A stretch of DNA of 64,000 nucleotides from Candidatus Lustribacter sp. (GTDB lineage Bacteria > Vulcanimicrobiota > Vulcanimicrobiia > Vulcanimicrobiales > Vulcanimicrobiaceae): the NCBI GenBank assembly GCA_965277805.1, contig OZ255842.1, positions 3,680,001 to 3,744,000 of the forward strand, read 5' to 3'. The notes below the pieces were generated by a model, which saw only the letters and a list, made by a program, of their open reading frames with translations, had not been told where the DNA came from and searched no databases. Within the stretch, counting starts at the first letter, position 1, and each line of letters opens with the position of its first letter. This document shows, piece after piece, positions 46,274-55,795 of the stretch. A program made the translations under genes and the position numbers.

Positions 46274-48224
46274 CCACCGGCTCGAAGCGTTCGTGGTGGC
46301 TTCGGAATGAGCCGAGGCCTTGGGTGGCGGTTCGGAGTTCGGTGATGTAGTGGGCGAGTTCGGCTTGCGGCACGAGCGCCGAGACCTGGTAGAACGCCGC
46401 ATCTTCGGAGGGGCCGAAGGATTGCACGACGCCGCGCTTGGCCGTGAGCTGCGAGACCGTAGCCGACGCGAACGGTTCGGGCACGCGCACCTCGATCGCG
46501 GTGATCGGCTCGAGCACGCGCACGCCGCACTTCGGCAGCGCATCGCGCATCGCCATCGCGGCGGCCGTTTTGAACGACGCCTCGCTCGAATCGACGGCGT
46601 GGAACGAGCCGTCGTAGAGCGTGACGTGCAGATCGGTCACCGGATAGCCGTTCGGTCCGCGCAAGAGCGCTTCGCGCACGCCTTTTTCCACCGCCGGAAA
46701 GAACTGGCGCGGTACGGCGCCGCCGACGACCTTCTCCTCGAACGAGACACCGTGACCGCGTTCGCGCGGCTCGATGCGCAGCCGGACCTCGCCGAACTGG
46801 CCGTGGCCGCCGGTCTGATGTTTGTAGCGCGCGTGCGCTTCCGTGCCCGCCGTGATCGTTTCACGATATGCGATCTGCGGCTCGCGCGTCTGCACGGCCA
46901 CGTGATACTTGCGTTCGAGGCGCTCGGCCGCAACCGCGACGTGGACTTCGCCGCAGCCGCAGAGTTCGAGCTCGTTCGTGAACTCGGCGCGCATCAGCCG
47001 CAATGCCGGATCTTCGTCGATCAGGCGCGCGAGCATCTGCGAGAGCTTCGCTTCATCGAGCCGGTCCTTCGGTGCGATCGCAACCGCGAAAACCGGATCC
47101 GGCAGATCGAGCGACGGCATCTTCGTGTGCGCGCCGCCGGTCGTCAGCGTGTCGAGTGTCTGCACGTTTTCCAAGCGCGAGAGCGCGACGATTTCTCCGG
47201 GTCCCGCGCTCGTGACCGGCTCTTGCTTCTTTCCTTGCAGACGGTAGATGCCGCCGGGGCGCGATTGCACGCCCGGGCGCGATGTATCGGTGAGAACGGA
47301 ATCGTTGGTCAACGTGCCGCTGAAAATGCGCACGACCGATAGCTTGCCCGATTGCGGGTGGATGACGGTCTTGCACACTTGTGCCACGAGCGGACCGCCG
47401 GGCTTCGCTTCGATCGTGCGTCCGTCGGCGTCGGTGCGTTCGACGTCGAGCGGTGAGGGAAACTGTTCGGCGATCGTGGCGATCAGTTCGCTGATGCCGA
47501 TGCCGCGCGCGGCGGAGCCGTAGAGCACGGGCACGATTTGATCGCGCGCGTACTCGTCGTGCAAGTCTTTGCGCACTTCATCGAGCGGCGGTTCGACCCC
47601 CTCGAGCAATTCTTCGAGCAGATGATCGTCGAAGTCGCCGAGCGCTTCGAGCAATTTGCCGTGCGCATCGGCGACATCGCCCGCCCCGGCAGTTGCGGCG
47701 ACGACGTCGACGACGCCGCTGAACGCATCGCCTTCGCCGAGGGGAACTTGTTCGGCAACGACGTGCATGCCGTATGCTGCGACGAGCGCTTGCAGCGTCG
47801 CCGCGGGTTGCGCGCCGGGGCGGTCCATCTTGTTGATAAAAAATAAATGCGGCATGCGCCGCGATTCGAGAAAGTTGACCAGTGCGCGCGTTTGCGCGAT
47901 GTGGTTGGGATCGGCGTCGATGACGACGACCGCCGCATCCGCCGCGAGCAGCGCGATCTTGGATTCTTCGAGAAAGTCGACGAAGCCGGGCGCGTCGATC
48001 AGCATGAGATCGATGTCGCCGCAAGCGGTGTGTGCGAAGCCGACGCACGTGGATTGCGCGTGACCGATGCACTCGGGTTCGAAGTCGGTGGTGGTGGTGC
48101 CGTCGGCAACCGAGCCGCGGCGCGGGATGGCCCCGCAGTGGTGGAGGATCGCTTCCGTCAAGGTCGTCTTGCCCGCGTGGTGCAGGCCGACGACCGCGAG
48201 GTTCCTCCGGCGCGAAATATCCAT
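46257..48224 (-). CDS. Elongation factor G-like protein (EF-G2 type)
   Basis: Start reassigned to ATG 48224 (AGGAG SD); GLHHAGKTT, DAPGFVDF, INKMD, YRETI, HQTGGHGQFG, DGSFHAVDSSE. Confidence 0.9.
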   Translation of the reverse strand: MDISRRRNLAVVGLHHAGKTTLTEAILHHCGAIPRRGSVADGTTTTDFEPECIGHAQSTCVGFAHTACGDIDLMLIDAPGFVDFLEESKIALLAADAAVVVIDADPNHIAQTRALVNFLESRRMPHLFFINKMDRPGAQPAATLQALVAAYGMHVVAEQVPLGEGDAFSGVVDVVAATAGAGDVADAHGKLLEALGDFDDHLLEELLEGVEPPLDEVRKDLHDEYARDQIVPVLYGSAARGIGISELIATIAEQFPSPLDVERTDADGRTIEAKPGGPLVAQVCKTVIHPQSGKLSVVRIFSGTLTNDSVLTDTSRPGVQSRPGGIYRLQGKKQEPVTSAGPGEIVALSRLENVQTLDTLTTGGAHTKMPSLDLPDPVFAVAIAPKDRLDEAKLSQMLARLIDEDPALRLMRAEFTNELELCGCGEVHVAVAAERLERKYHVAVQTREPQIAYRETITAGTEAHARYKHQTGGHGQFGEVRLRIEPRERGHGVSFEEKVVGGAVPRQFFPAVEKGVREALLRGPNGYPVTDLHVTLYDGSFHAVDSSEASFKTAAAMAMRDALPKCGVRVLEPITAIEVRVPEPFASATVSQLTAKRGVVQSFGPSEDAAFYQVSALVPQAELAHYITELRTATQGLGSFRSHHERFEPVVNGSK

Positions 48225-48283
48225 TTCAACGCTCCTACCGTAGTCCGAGGGACCACCCCAATTCCCCACCCAAAATCGGGCTC

Positions 48284-49870
48284 CTACACCAGGCGTGTTT
48301 CGGCGAGATCTAGGTCGTATTGGACTTTGCGGAAGATGTCGTCGGGGATGCGGCCTTCGTCGCGCAGGCGCATGATCTCGTGGCGTTCGGCGGCGATCGC
48401 CTGCTCTTGGATTTTGTGGTCGAAGAGGCTCTCTTCGCTCTCCTCGTCGTGGCCGGGCGTGATGTGGCGGCCGAGGTGGTCGATGCGGTTGCGGTATTCG
48501 GCGATCGCGCGCTGCACGGGCTCGCGTTCCGCATCCTGGTTCGCGCTTTCGGCCAGCGCTTCGAGCCGTTTCAAGCCCGCTTCGAGCGCCTTGATGCGCA
48601 CTTGCGCTTCATACGCAGCGCTGTCTTCGCCGGCTTCCAGCTTCAGCCAGCGCAAGAGCGGAAAGAGCGACAGTCCCTGGCCGACCAGCGTAATGACGAT
48701 CACGCAGAACGTGATGAAGATGATCGCCGCGCGTTGCGGAAACGGGCCGCCGTGCGCATCGCGCAGCGGCAGCGCGAGCGCGGCCGCCAGCGAAACGATG
48801 CCGCGCAGTCCCGTCCAGCCGATGACCGTGATCCACTTCCATTGCGCGGGATCGCGACTGCGTTCGCCCGGACGGAACGCGCGCGGAATATAGGCTTGCG
48901 CGAACGCCCACGCCATGCGCAGCACGATCAGCATCAACGAGAGCCACAGCGCGAGCGGCAACCATTGCGAGACGATCGAACCGTCGCTGATGATGTCGCG
49001 CAGTTCGAGCCCGATAAGCAAGAACACGAGCGCGTTGAGCAAGTAGATCAGGATGTTCCAGACGGCGCCCGAGACGAGGCGCGTTTCGGGACTCGCGTAG
49101 ATCGAGCTGCGGCGGCCGAGAATGATGCCGATCGTGACCGTTGCCAGCACGCCCGAACCCCCGAGCGCCTCGGCGCTAAGGTAGCTCACGTAAGGCGCGA
49201 TCAGCACGATGAGCGTATCGATCTGCGTGTCGCTGATGTCGAGCCGGCGCAAGAGACGCAGCAGCCCCTCGGCCGCGAACGCCAGCGCAACGCCGACCCC
49301 CGTTCCCACGACGACGACGATCACGAACGTCATCGACGCGCGCGGCAGCGAGAAGCGTCCGAGCACGGCGGCGACCACGGCGAACCGGTAGATCACGAGC
49401 GCCGTCCCGTCGTTGAGCAGCCCTTCCCCGTCCAAAATCGCCACGACGCGGCGCGGCACGCCGAAGCGCTCGAAGACGGCCGAGGCGGCAACGGCGTCCG
49501 GCGGCGAGACGATTGCCCCCAGCACGAACGCGCTCGCCCACCCGAATCCCGGTGCGAGCCACTCGACCATCGCCGCCACCGCGAGGGTGCTGGCGATGAC
49601 GAGGCCGACCGCGAGCAAGATAACCGGGCGGATGTTCTTCTTGAGCAGGCCCCAGTCGGTCACCCAGCCGCCGTGGAAAAGCAACGGCGGCAAGACCGTA
49701 TAGAAGATCCATTCGGGGGCGACGTTCACGTGCGGGAGGCCCGGCACGAAGGCGATCGCCGACCCGCCGATCACGAAAACGATCGGGTAGGGCAGCTTGA
49801 GCCATTTGGCAAGCACGGCCAGCGGCGCGATCGCCGCCAGCGTGGCAAACAGCAGGATCGGCGCGCTCAT
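48284..49870 (-). CDS. Na+/H+ antiporter, CPA1 (NhaP/YjcE-like)
   Basis: Start ATG 49870; LPPLLF, LGAIVSPPDAVA, GEGLLNDGTALV, WTGLRGIVSLAAAL, TLVGQGLSL. Confidence 0.93.
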   Translation of the reverse strand: MSAPILLFATLAAIAPLAVLAKWLKLPYPIVFVIGGSAIAFVPGLPHVNVAPEWIFYTVLPPLLFHGGWVTDWGLLKKNIRPVILLAVGLVIASTLAVAAMVEWLAPGFGWASAFVLGAIVSPPDAVAASAVFERFGVPRRVVAILDGEGLLNDGTALVIYRFAVVAAVLGRFSLPRASMTFVIVVVVGTGVGVALAFAAEGLLRLLRRLDISDTQIDTLIVLIAPYVSYLSAEALGGSGVLATVTIGIILGRRSSIYASPETRLVSGAVWNILIYLLNALVFLLIGLELRDIISDGSIVSQWLPLALWLSLMLIVLRMAWAFAQAYIPRAFRPGERSRDPAQWKWITVIGWTGLRGIVSLAAALALPLRDAHGGPFPQRAAIIFITFCVIVITLVGQGLSLFPLLRWLKLEAGEDSAAYEAQVRIKALEAGLKRLEALAESANQDAEREPVQRAIAEYRNRIDHLGRHITPGHDEESEESLFDHKIQEQAIAAERHEIMRLRDEGRIPDDIFRKVQYDLDLAETRLV

Positions 49871-49937
49871 CCCATCGCCCGTTTCCCGCATGCCCACGGA
49901 GGGCCCCGCCGTATGGGCTTTGAAGCGCTCCTGGTCG

Positions 49938-49964
49938 TGCGGAGCAGCAACGCTCCGCATTTCT
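49938..49964 (+). other. Perfect 8-bp hairpin with a short T-run upstream of prsA (terminator-, attenuator- or operator-like)
   Basis: TGCGGAGC-agcaac-GCTCCGCA followed by TTTCT. Confidence 0.3.
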
Positions 49965-49986
49965 GCGTCAGTCCCCGGGGAGATTT

Positions 49987-50964
49987 ATGTCCAAGCTCAT
50001 TCGAACGGCAGCTGCCGTGGCGACCGCGATCGTCGGCATCACGTTCACCGGCTGCTCCGGCAGCGGCGGTAGCAGCGGCGGCGACATCGCCACCGTCAAC
50101 GATCAGCACATCACCAAGGCCGCTTTCGACAACCGTCTCGAGTCGAGCCCGACGGCGAAGCAAGTCCTCACCCAGCTCGTTCAGCAAGCGCTGATCGACC
50201 AGTACGGTCAGGACCAGAAGATCACGATCCCGCAGGCCGACATCGACAAAAAAGAAGCGGACATCAAGAGCAAGTATCCGCCGGGGCAGTTCGATACGAT
50301 CCTCAAGCAGCAAGGCCTGACCGAATCCGACGTGCAGACGATCCTCAAACAGCAGCTGATCATCGAGAAGGCCGTCGCGCCGATGGTGCACGTCACCGAT
50401 GCCGACGTCGCCGCCTACTTCGCGAAGAACCACGCCACGCTCGACAAGCCGCCGCAGGTGCGCGCGCGCCACATCCTCGTCGCCGACGAGAAGACGGCCG
50501 ACATGATCGAGGGCAAGCTGAAGGCCGGCGGCAATTTCGCCGATCTCGCCAAGCAATATTCGACCGATCCGTCGACCAAAGACAAGGGCGGCGAACTCGG
50601 CTTCTTCGGCGCGGGCCAAATGGTGCCGGCATTCCAGGCAGCGGCGTTCGCGCTGCCGGTCGGCGCCACGTCGGCGCCGGTGAAGTCGCCGTTCGGCTGG
50701 CACATCATTCAGGTTGAAGAGAAGCACCCGGCGATCCACGCGACGCTGGCGGGCTCGAAAGCCCAGATCAAGGACACGCTCACGCAGCAAGCCGAGCAGC
50801 AGCAGATCCCGATCTTCTTGCAGCAGCTGCGCGCGAAGGCGAACATCTCGATCAACGACCCGCGGTTTGCCGACCTCTTCCCGCCGCCGCTGCCTCCGCC
50901 GCCGTCGGCCGCAGCGCCGGCTCCGGCCGCCTCCGCTCCCGCACCGGCCCCCGCAAAGACCTAG
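49987..50964 (+). CDS. prsA: PrsA-like parvulin foldase lipoprotein
   Basis: Lipobox FTGC; VRARHILV, FADLAKQYSTDP, GGELGFF, PVKSPFGWHII. Confidence 0.9.
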   Translation: MSKLIRTAAAVATAIVGITFTGCSGSGGSSGGDIATVNDQHITKAAFDNRLESSPTAKQVLTQLVQQALIDQYGQDQKITIPQADIDKKEADIKSKYPPGQFDTILKQQGLTESDVQTILKQQLIIEKAVAPMVHVTDADVAAYFAKNHATLDKPPQVRARHILVADEKTADMIEGKLKAGGNFADLAKQYSTDPSTKDKGGELGFFGAGQMVPAFQAAAFALPVGATSAPVKSPFGWHIIQVEEKHPAIHATLAGSKAQIKDTLTQQAEQQQIPIFLQQLRAKANISINDPRFADLFPPPLPPPPSAAAPAPAASAPAPAPAKT

Positions 50965-51010
50965 CCCACCGGAGGCCGCCCGCGACCGATTCGGCGAAAG
51001 CGCATGAAGC

Positions 51011-52201
51011 ATGTTGCGCATCGTCGGACTCGGTCCGGGCGACCCCGATCTCCTCACCCTCGGCAGCCGGGAGGCGATGCGCGCCGTCGGGCGTGCCGTC
51101 ACCGTGCTTGCTCCGCCGGACCTCGTCCTCTTCCTCGAGAGCGAGGGGGTGGCGATTCTGCGCGGGCTGATCACCGATCAGCCGCTGTTCATTCGCGGCT
51201 CGAGCGAGGTGATCGACGGGTTCGTCGAGCGGCTCGACGATAGCGATCTCGCGCTTGGGATTCTCGGCAACCCGCTCTCCGATTTCGCCGGCCTGCCGAT
51301 TCTGCTGCGCGCGCTCGAGCGGCGCCGGATCGTCGCGGAGATCGTGCCCGGCATGCCGCGCGCCACGCTTTCGGCGTCGATCACGATGCCGCTGTTGCCG
51401 CTGCCGCCGGGCTCGAGCCATCAGAACTGGGACGATCTCATCCAGATCATGGCGCGGCTGCGCCGCTCGTGTCCGTGGGATCGCGAACAGACGCACGAGT
51501 CGCTGGTGCGCTATCTCGTCGAGGAAACGTACGAGGTCGTCGACGCGATCGAAAGCGGCGAAGAAGCGGAGTTGTGCGAGGAACTCGGCGACCTTCTCTT
51601 CCAGGTCGTCTTTCACGCGCAGCTGGCGACGGAACGCGGGAAGTTTTCGGTGGCCGACGTCGTCGACGCGCTCTCGAACAAGATGATCCGCCGTCACCCG
51701 CACGTGTTCGGTGACGTTGCGGCCGCCAACGTGGCGGAAGTGTGGCAGAACTGGGACCAGCTCAAGTCGCAAGAACCCTCGAGCGCCTCGCGCACCTCGA
51801 AGCTCGACGGCATCCCCAACGGTATGCCGGCCTTGCAGCGCGGCCAGAAGATGCAAGAGAAGGCCGCGCGCGTTGGTTTCGACTGGGTCGACGCGCGCCA
51901 GATCACGGAGAAGCTCGCCGAGGAACTGCGCGAGTTTGCCGACGCACGCGCGCAAGCGACCAAGCCGGTCTACGAAGACCCGCACGTCCGCGAAGAACTC
52001 GGCGACGTGCTGTTCACGGTCGTGAACCTCGCGCGCCGGCTGAACATCGACGCCGAAGGCGCCATGCGCGACGCCAACACGAAATTCGACCGCCGCTTCC
52101 GCTACATGGAGCAATACGCGCTCGCCAGCGGCCGCGAACTCGGCGACATGACCCTCGACGAACTCGAAGACCTCTGGCAGGCCGCAAAAACCGCAGCGTG
52201 A
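51011..52201 (+). CDS. mazG: MazG nucleoside triphosphate pyrophosphohydrolase with a short YabN-like N-terminal domain
   Basis: IVGLGPGDPDLLTL; CPWDREQTHESL, EELGDLLFQVVFHAQ, KMIRRHPHVFG, second EELGDVLF motif. Confidence 0.93.
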   Translation: MLRIVGLGPGDPDLLTLGSREAMRAVGRAVTVLAPPDLVLFLESEGVAILRGLITDQPLFIRGSSEVIDGFVERLDDSDLALGILGNPLSDFAGLPILLRALERRRIVAEIVPGMPRATLSASITMPLLPLPPGSSHQNWDDLIQIMARLRRSCPWDREQTHESLVRYLVEETYEVVDAIESGEEAELCEELGDLLFQVVFHAQLATERGKFSVADVVDALSNKMIRRHPHVFGDVAAANVAEVWQNWDQLKSQEPSSASRTSKLDGIPNGMPALQRGQKMQEKAARVGFDWVDARQITEKLAEELREFADARAQATKPVYEDPHVREELGDVLFTVVNLARRLNIDAEGAMRDANTKFDRRFRYMEQYALASGRELGDMTLDELEDLWQAAKTAA

Positions 52202-52208
52202 GCCTCGC

Positions 52209-52237
52209 TGTCATCCCGAGCTTGTCGAGGGACCGCC
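52209..52237 (+). repeat. REP-like palindromic repeat, compact intergenic copy
   Basis: TGTCATCCCGAGC-TT-GTCGAGGGACCGCC starting 8 nt after the mazG stop. Confidence 0.8.
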
Positions 52238-52306
52238 ACAATCGCTAATATCCTCAAGGCTCTCCCGGTTCTCCGCGCGCGACTCCGGCCACGCGAACTT
52301 CCGATA

Positions 52307-53578
52307 TTGCGGGCACGCCTGCAGCAGCGCGTTCGGCAAGCGCCGTTGCCCGCCGGCCCATTCGGCCATATGCGCCGCTGGTGGAACGTGATCAACGCAT
52401 CGGTGGCCGGATTGCGCACGGACCGGTTCATCGATGTGCGCGAGCTGATGCGTTCGACCACGCTGGAAGACCACGTTGCGAGAGCCGACGCGTACTTCGA
52501 CGGCCTTGGACCGAACAGCGTTCACGCGCGCAAACCGTTCGCCGATCCGCTCGAAGCGGAACAGCTCACGCGCGCGCTTACCGTGCTGTTGCCGCACCTC
52601 GATCTTTTTTCCGGCGCGCGCGTTTTGGATTTCGGCGCGGGCACGTGCTGGTCGAGCATGATCTGGGCGTATCTCGGCTGCACCGTGATCGCGACGGATG
52701 TTTCGGCGAACGCGCTGCGCTTCGGCGAGGAACGGCTGCGCGCGGATCCCGTGGCCAAAAATTTGCCCGTGTCGTTCTTGCGCTTCGACGGGCAGCGATT
52801 CGATTTGCCGGATGCGTCGGTCGATCGCATCATCGGCATCGACACGCTGCATCACGTGCTCGATGTGCCGGCGACGCTCGCCGAATTGTCGCGTCTGCTT
52901 GCACCCGGCGGCATCGCGGCGTTCAGCGAACCGGGGCCGCTTCATTCGCTGGGTCCGCAAGCTCAGCACGAGATGGCCGCATTCGGCGTGATCGAGAACG
53001 ACATACGCGTCGCCGGCATCCGCGCGTCGGCGCTGGCGGCGGGCTTTGCGGATATGCGCGTGGCTTGGTTTTCGCCGCAGTCGCGGTTGATGAGCGTCGA
53101 TGAATTCGACAAGCTTGCTGCCGGCCGCGTGTCGGGCCGTGACGCGCGCAAGATCGTGCGTGACATCGCCGGCGATTTGGCAAACATCCGCATCTTTTTC
53201 TTGTACGCTCCTGGTTCGCGCGCGCTCAATAGCCGCGACCGTCAGGGCCTCGCCGCCGAGTTCTCCGGTACTTTGCGCTACGACGGCTCGCGTCTCACCG
53301 GAACGCTGACGGTGAAAAATACGGGCAGCGCAACGTGGCTCCCATCAGGGCCCGATCGCGGCGCAGTCAACGTCGGCGTGCAGCTGCGCGGCGCGGCCCC
53401 CAACAACAATTTCGCGCGAATCCCACTGAGCACAACGCCCGTCGAGCCGGGTCAAAGCGCGAGCGTTGCGATCGACCTGCCGATCGCGCAAGCCGATCGT
53501 ATCGCAATTGATCTCGTTGCCGAGGCGGTCGAATGGTTCGCCAACCTGGGCAACCCCGAACTCATCATCACCCGATAG
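52307..53578 (+). CDS. Class I SAM methyltransferase with a C-terminal NBR1/Wzt_C-like Ig domain
   Basis: VLDFGAGTCW, VDRIIGIDTLHH, LAPGGIAAFSEPG; C-terminus VKNTGSATW...VEPGQS...DLVAEAVEWF. Start uncertain (TTG 52307 or ATG 52370). Confidence 0.82.
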   Translation: MRARLQQRVRQAPLPAGPFGHMRRWWNVINASVAGLRTDRFIDVRELMRSTTLEDHVARADAYFDGLGPNSVHARKPFADPLEAEQLTRALTVLLPHLDLFSGARVLDFGAGTCWSSMIWAYLGCTVIATDVSANALRFGEERLRADPVAKNLPVSFLRFDGQRFDLPDASVDRIIGIDTLHHVLDVPATLAELSRLLAPGGIAAFSEPGPLHSLGPQAQHEMAAFGVIENDIRVAGIRASALAAGFADMRVAWFSPQSRLMSVDEFDKLAAGRVSGRDARKIVRDIAGDLANIRIFFLYAPGSRALNSRDRQGLAAEFSGTLRYDGSRLTGTLTVKNTGSATWLPSGPDRGAVNVGVQLRGAAPNNNFARIPLSTTPVEPGQSASVAIDLPIAQADRIAIDLVAEAVEWFANLGNPELIITR

Positions 53579-53586
53579 TCATGGTG

Positions 53587-53595
53587 TGCTATAAC
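53587..53595 (+). promoter_or_regulatory. Extended -10 candidate (TGnTATAAC) for the yabO-whiA-gap operon
   Basis: TGcTATAAC lies 10 nt before ATG 53606. Confidence 0.4.
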
Positions 53596-53605
53596 TCGAG
53601 GATGG

Positions 53606-53881
53606 ATGCGACTCGATAAGTATCTTAAGGTCTCGCGGTTGGCGAAGCGGCGGGCTGAGGCGAAAGATGGGATCGAGGCCGGGCGCATCACGCGCGACGG
53701 GCGCGCGCTCAAGCCCGGTTACGAAGTAAAAGTTGGGGACGTGCTGGTGATCCATTACCGCACGAAGTTTCTCACGGTGCGCGTTGCGATGATTCCCGGA
53801 CGCATCCTGCCGTCGCTGAAACCGGCCGAGATGTACGAGATCGTCGACGAACGCAAGGACGACGCGCGCGATTGGCTCTGA
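53606..53881 (+). CDS. yabO: S4-domain RNA-binding protein (YabO/RqcP, Hsp15-like)
   Basis: MRLDKYLKVSRLAKRR..AK....AGRI...G...KPG.EVKVGD; position downstream of mazG as in Firmicutes. Confidence 0.88.
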   Translation: MRLDKYLKVSRLAKRRAEAKDGIEAGRITRDGRALKPGYEVKVGDVLVIHYRTKFLTVRVAMIPGRILPSLKPAEMYEIVDERKDDARDWL

Positions 53882-54768
53882 CGCGTTCGAGTCTCTCGAT
53901 CGATACGAAGGATGCGCTCGCGCGCGACGTTCCGGCCGCGCCGCATTGCCGCGCTGCCCTGCGTGACGGGCTGGCGTACTTCGCGGGTGCCGACGCCGCG
54001 GGGCGGCACGTCGTGCGCACCCGGCGCTCGTCGATCGCGCGGCTCGTGCGTTCGCTCGCGGGCACGGCCGAGGGCAACGTGCGGCGCACGATCGAGCCGC
54101 GACTCTATCGCAGCACGATGTTCGAGATCGACTCCGACGGCGCGGGGACGCTACCGCCCTGGCCCCGGGCGCGCTGCGACCGGCGCATGGAACTCCGGGC
54201 CGCGTTCTTGGCCTGCGGATCGCTCGCGGCGCCGCAGGCGGGATACCACCTCGAATTCGTGCCGCCGACCCCGGAAGCAGGCGAGCGGATTGCGCGGCTC
54301 ATCCGGGCGGAAGGCGTCGAGGCGCGCACCATGCTGCGCAAGGGCCGGCCGGTGGTCTATCTCAAGGGCCTGGACGCGATCGTGGTCGTGCTTTCCGCGA
54401 TCGGCGCGCACGGCGCCGTCCTCCGGCTCGAAGACGTGCGCGCCCTCAAGGAAACCAAGAACCGCATCCACCGTTTGGTGAACACCGAGACCGCCAACGT
54501 GGTCCGGGCCGCGAGCGCGGCGGCGGCGCAGCGGGACGCGATCGCCTACCTAGCGGATGCCTACGGCCTGCGCAATCTCTCGCCGGCCCTGCGGGAGGCG
54601 GCGCAGCTGCGGCTGTCCCATCCGGAGGAAACGTTGGCCGAGCTGGGCCGCCGCGCGTCCCCGCCGGTGGGAAAAGCGACGATCAACGGCCGGATCGTCG
54701 CGCTGATGCGCCTGGTCCGGCGACTTCGTGAGCCACGCGAACAGGAGCCGCGCACGCATCCGGCTTAG
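53872..54768 (+). CDS. whiA: DNA-binding protein WhiA
   Basis: LRAAFLACGSL..P..GYHLEF, VVYLKG, NRIHRLVNTETAN, LRLSHPEETLAELG...PVGKATING. Confidence 0.9.
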   Translation: MALTRSSLSIDTKDALARDVPAAPHCRAALRDGLAYFAGADAAGRHVVRTRRSSIARLVRSLAGTAEGNVRRTIEPRLYRSTMFEIDSDGAGTLPPWPRARCDRRMELRAAFLACGSLAAPQAGYHLEFVPPTPEAGERIARLIRAEGVEARTMLRKGRPVVYLKGLDAIVVVLSAIGAHGAVLRLEDVRALKETKNRIHRLVNTETANVVRAASAAAAQRDAIAYLADAYGLRNLSPALREAAQLRLSHPEETLAELGRRASPPVGKATINGRIVALMRLVRRLREPREQEPRTHPA

Positions 54769-54780
54769 TCACGCTGTCCT

Positions 54781-55794
54781 ATGCGCATTGGTATCAACGG
54801 TTTCGGCCGGATCGGCCGCAATTTCACGAAGTCGCTCCTCGAGCGCCACCCCGACGTCGAGATCGTCGCCGTCAACGATCTGACCAGCGCCAAAGAGTGC
54901 GCGCATCTCTTCAAGTACGATTCGAACTACGGCACGTTCCCGGGGACCGTCACCGCGACGGAAAGCGGGATCACGATTGACGGCAAGTCGATCAAGGTGC
55001 TGGCCGAACGCGATCCGGGCAAGCTGCCGTGGAAGGATCTCGGCGTCGACGTCGTCGTCGAATCGACCGGCCTCTTCACCAAGGCCGAGAAGGCGCGCGC
55101 CCACATCGACGGCGGCGGCGCGAAGAAAGTGATCATCTCGGCGCCCGCGACCGGCGACGACATCACGATCGTGCTGGGCGTGAACGACAAAGACTACGAT
55201 CCTGCCAAACATCACATCATCTCGAACGCGTCGTGCACGACGAACTGCCTCGGGCCCGCGGTGAAAGTCGTCGTCGACGAACTCGGCTGGGTGAAGGCGT
55301 TCATGTCGACGATTCACTCCTACACGAACGACCAGAACATCCTCGATGCGCCGCACAGCGATGCGCGTCGCGCGCGCAACGCCGCCACCAACATCATCCC
55401 GACGTCGACCGGCGCGGCCAAGGCGCTGTACCTGACGATTCCGGAAGTGAAGGGCGCTTTCGACGGCTTCGCGCTGCGCGTGCCGACGCCGACCGTGTCG
55501 ATGGTCTACCTCGTCGCGGTGACGAAAAAGGCCACCACCAAAGACGAGCTCAACGCGATGCTCAAGAAAGCCGCCGACGGCCCGCTGAAGCACGTGCTGC
55601 AGTATACCGAGGAAGAACTCGTTTCAGCCGATTTCAAGCGCAATCCGTATAGCTCGATCGTCGACAGCAAGCTGACCAACGCGCAAGGCGATCTCATTCA
55701 ACTCGGGCTCTGGTATGACAACGAATGGGGCTACTCGTGCCGTCTCGCCGACGTCACGTCGATGGTCCTGAAGAAGATGCCGGCCGCGGTCTGA
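54781..55794 (+). CDS. gap: Glyceraldehyde-3-phosphate dehydrogenase, type I
   Basis: [49 protein letters not shown]. Confidence 0.98.
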   Translation: MRIGINGFGRIGRNFTKSLLERHPDVEIVAVNDLTSAKECAHLFKYDSNYGTFPGTVTATESGITIDGKSIKVLAERDPGKLPWKDLGVDVVVESTGLFTKAEKARAHIDGGGAKKVIISAPATGDDITIVLGVNDKDYDPAKHHIISNASCTTNCLGPAVKVVVDELGWVKAFMSTIHSYTNDQNILDAPHSDARRARNAATNIIPTSTGAAKALYLTIPEVKGAFDGFALRVPTPTVSMVYLVAVTKKATTKDELNAMLKKAADGPLKHVLQYTEEELVSADFKRNPYSSIVDSKLTNAQGDLIQLGLWYDNEWGYSCRLADVTSMVLKKMPAAV

Positions 55795-55795
55795 T

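Noticed and set aside
46257-48224. EF-G-like gene as a TetM/TetO resistance protein or the main fusA
   Set aside because: Divergent G1 motif (GLHHAGKTT), EF-G-type domain IV motifs and location outside the str operon fit EF-G2.
48320-50194. 624-aa ORF opposite the antiporter (likewise 41983-43416, 43450-44763, 56015-57655, 57784-59106, 60051-61337)
   Set aside because: All lie opposite clearly recognisable genes; stop-poor antisense frames are expected at this GC content.
51011-52201. mazG as part of a toxin-antitoxin or anti-phage system
   Set aside because: Tandem-domain housekeeping YabN/MazG in its usual neighbourhood; no mazEF or defence genes.
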